The notes below the pieces were generated by a model. That model worked only from the letters and a program-made list of their open reading frames with translations. It ran no database searches and was not told where the DNA came from. The translations under genes were made by a program, and so were the position numbers. Shown in pieces: positions 63,869 to 64,000 of a DNA stretch of 64,000 nucleotides; position 1 is the first letter of the stretch; each line of letters starts with the position of its first letter. Source of the stretch: Entomortierella parvispora E1425. Its lineage: Eukaryota > Fungi > Mortierellomycota. Where the stretch lies: the NCBI GenBank assembly GCA_020891255.1, contig BQFW01000003.1:1794445-1858444 (forward strand). The letters are read 5' to 3'.

Positions 63869-63979
63869 TGTAACAGGAATACGGTGACATCACGCGATGT
63901 GTACCTACAAAAGCTAGAAACTTGCAATATAATAAAACTCACTTCTTGTCTCCACTCCACCCTCGATACTCCTATTGCA
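63869..63979 (+). repeat. Family B LTR 4 (111 bp; 3' LTR of outer copy)
   Basis: Preceded by PPT AAAAGGGAAGG. Confidence 0.95.
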
Positions 63980-64000
63980 ATGCGGCGGGGACCGGTCCGC

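Larger units (their letters stand above)
53849..63979 (+). mobile_element. Ty3/gypsy chromovirus family B, outer copy (interrupted by the inner copy)
   Basis: LTR 53849-53959, PBS, gag, PR, RT (YLDD), RNase H, IN and chromodomain to 58707. It resumes at 63771-63868 with the PPT, then LTR 63869-63979. Confidence 0.93.

Overview
Eukaryotic fungal genomic DNA. Gene content, intron style and the LRR gene family suggest Mortierellomycota (inference). Positions 1-48.3 kb are a compact, intron-containing housekeeping region: SHE9, an RNI-type LRR gene, RPS25, NOP56, a G-patch gene, a GPI-anchored protein, a DinB-like protein, NOT4, WDR70, a small secreted Cys/Gly-rich protein, an A1 aspartic protease, MRPL31, a PNRC/Edc-motif protein, SSR4, HADH, a probable basket nucleoporin, eIF3i, mitochondrial ferredoxin, PEX5 and a DUF4097-like gene. 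A probable decayed CAP/PR-1 gene lies at the left edge. Positions ~50-64 kb are an LTR-retrotransposon island with three parts. (1) A ~1 kb solo-LTR-like insert with a CCGG target-site duplication (TSD). (2) The 3' end of Ty3/gypsy chromovirus A on the minus strand, with a 212-bp LTR. (3) Chromovirus B, with 111-bp LTRs, present twice: the second copy is inserted into the chromodomain of the first (TSD AGAAG). Element B has a complete -1 frameshift signal at gag/pol. Both copies also share an unexplained +1 frame break between protease and RT. No CRISPR array, rRNA gene or tRNA gene was seen. Gene boundaries were spliced by eye and no database searches were run.
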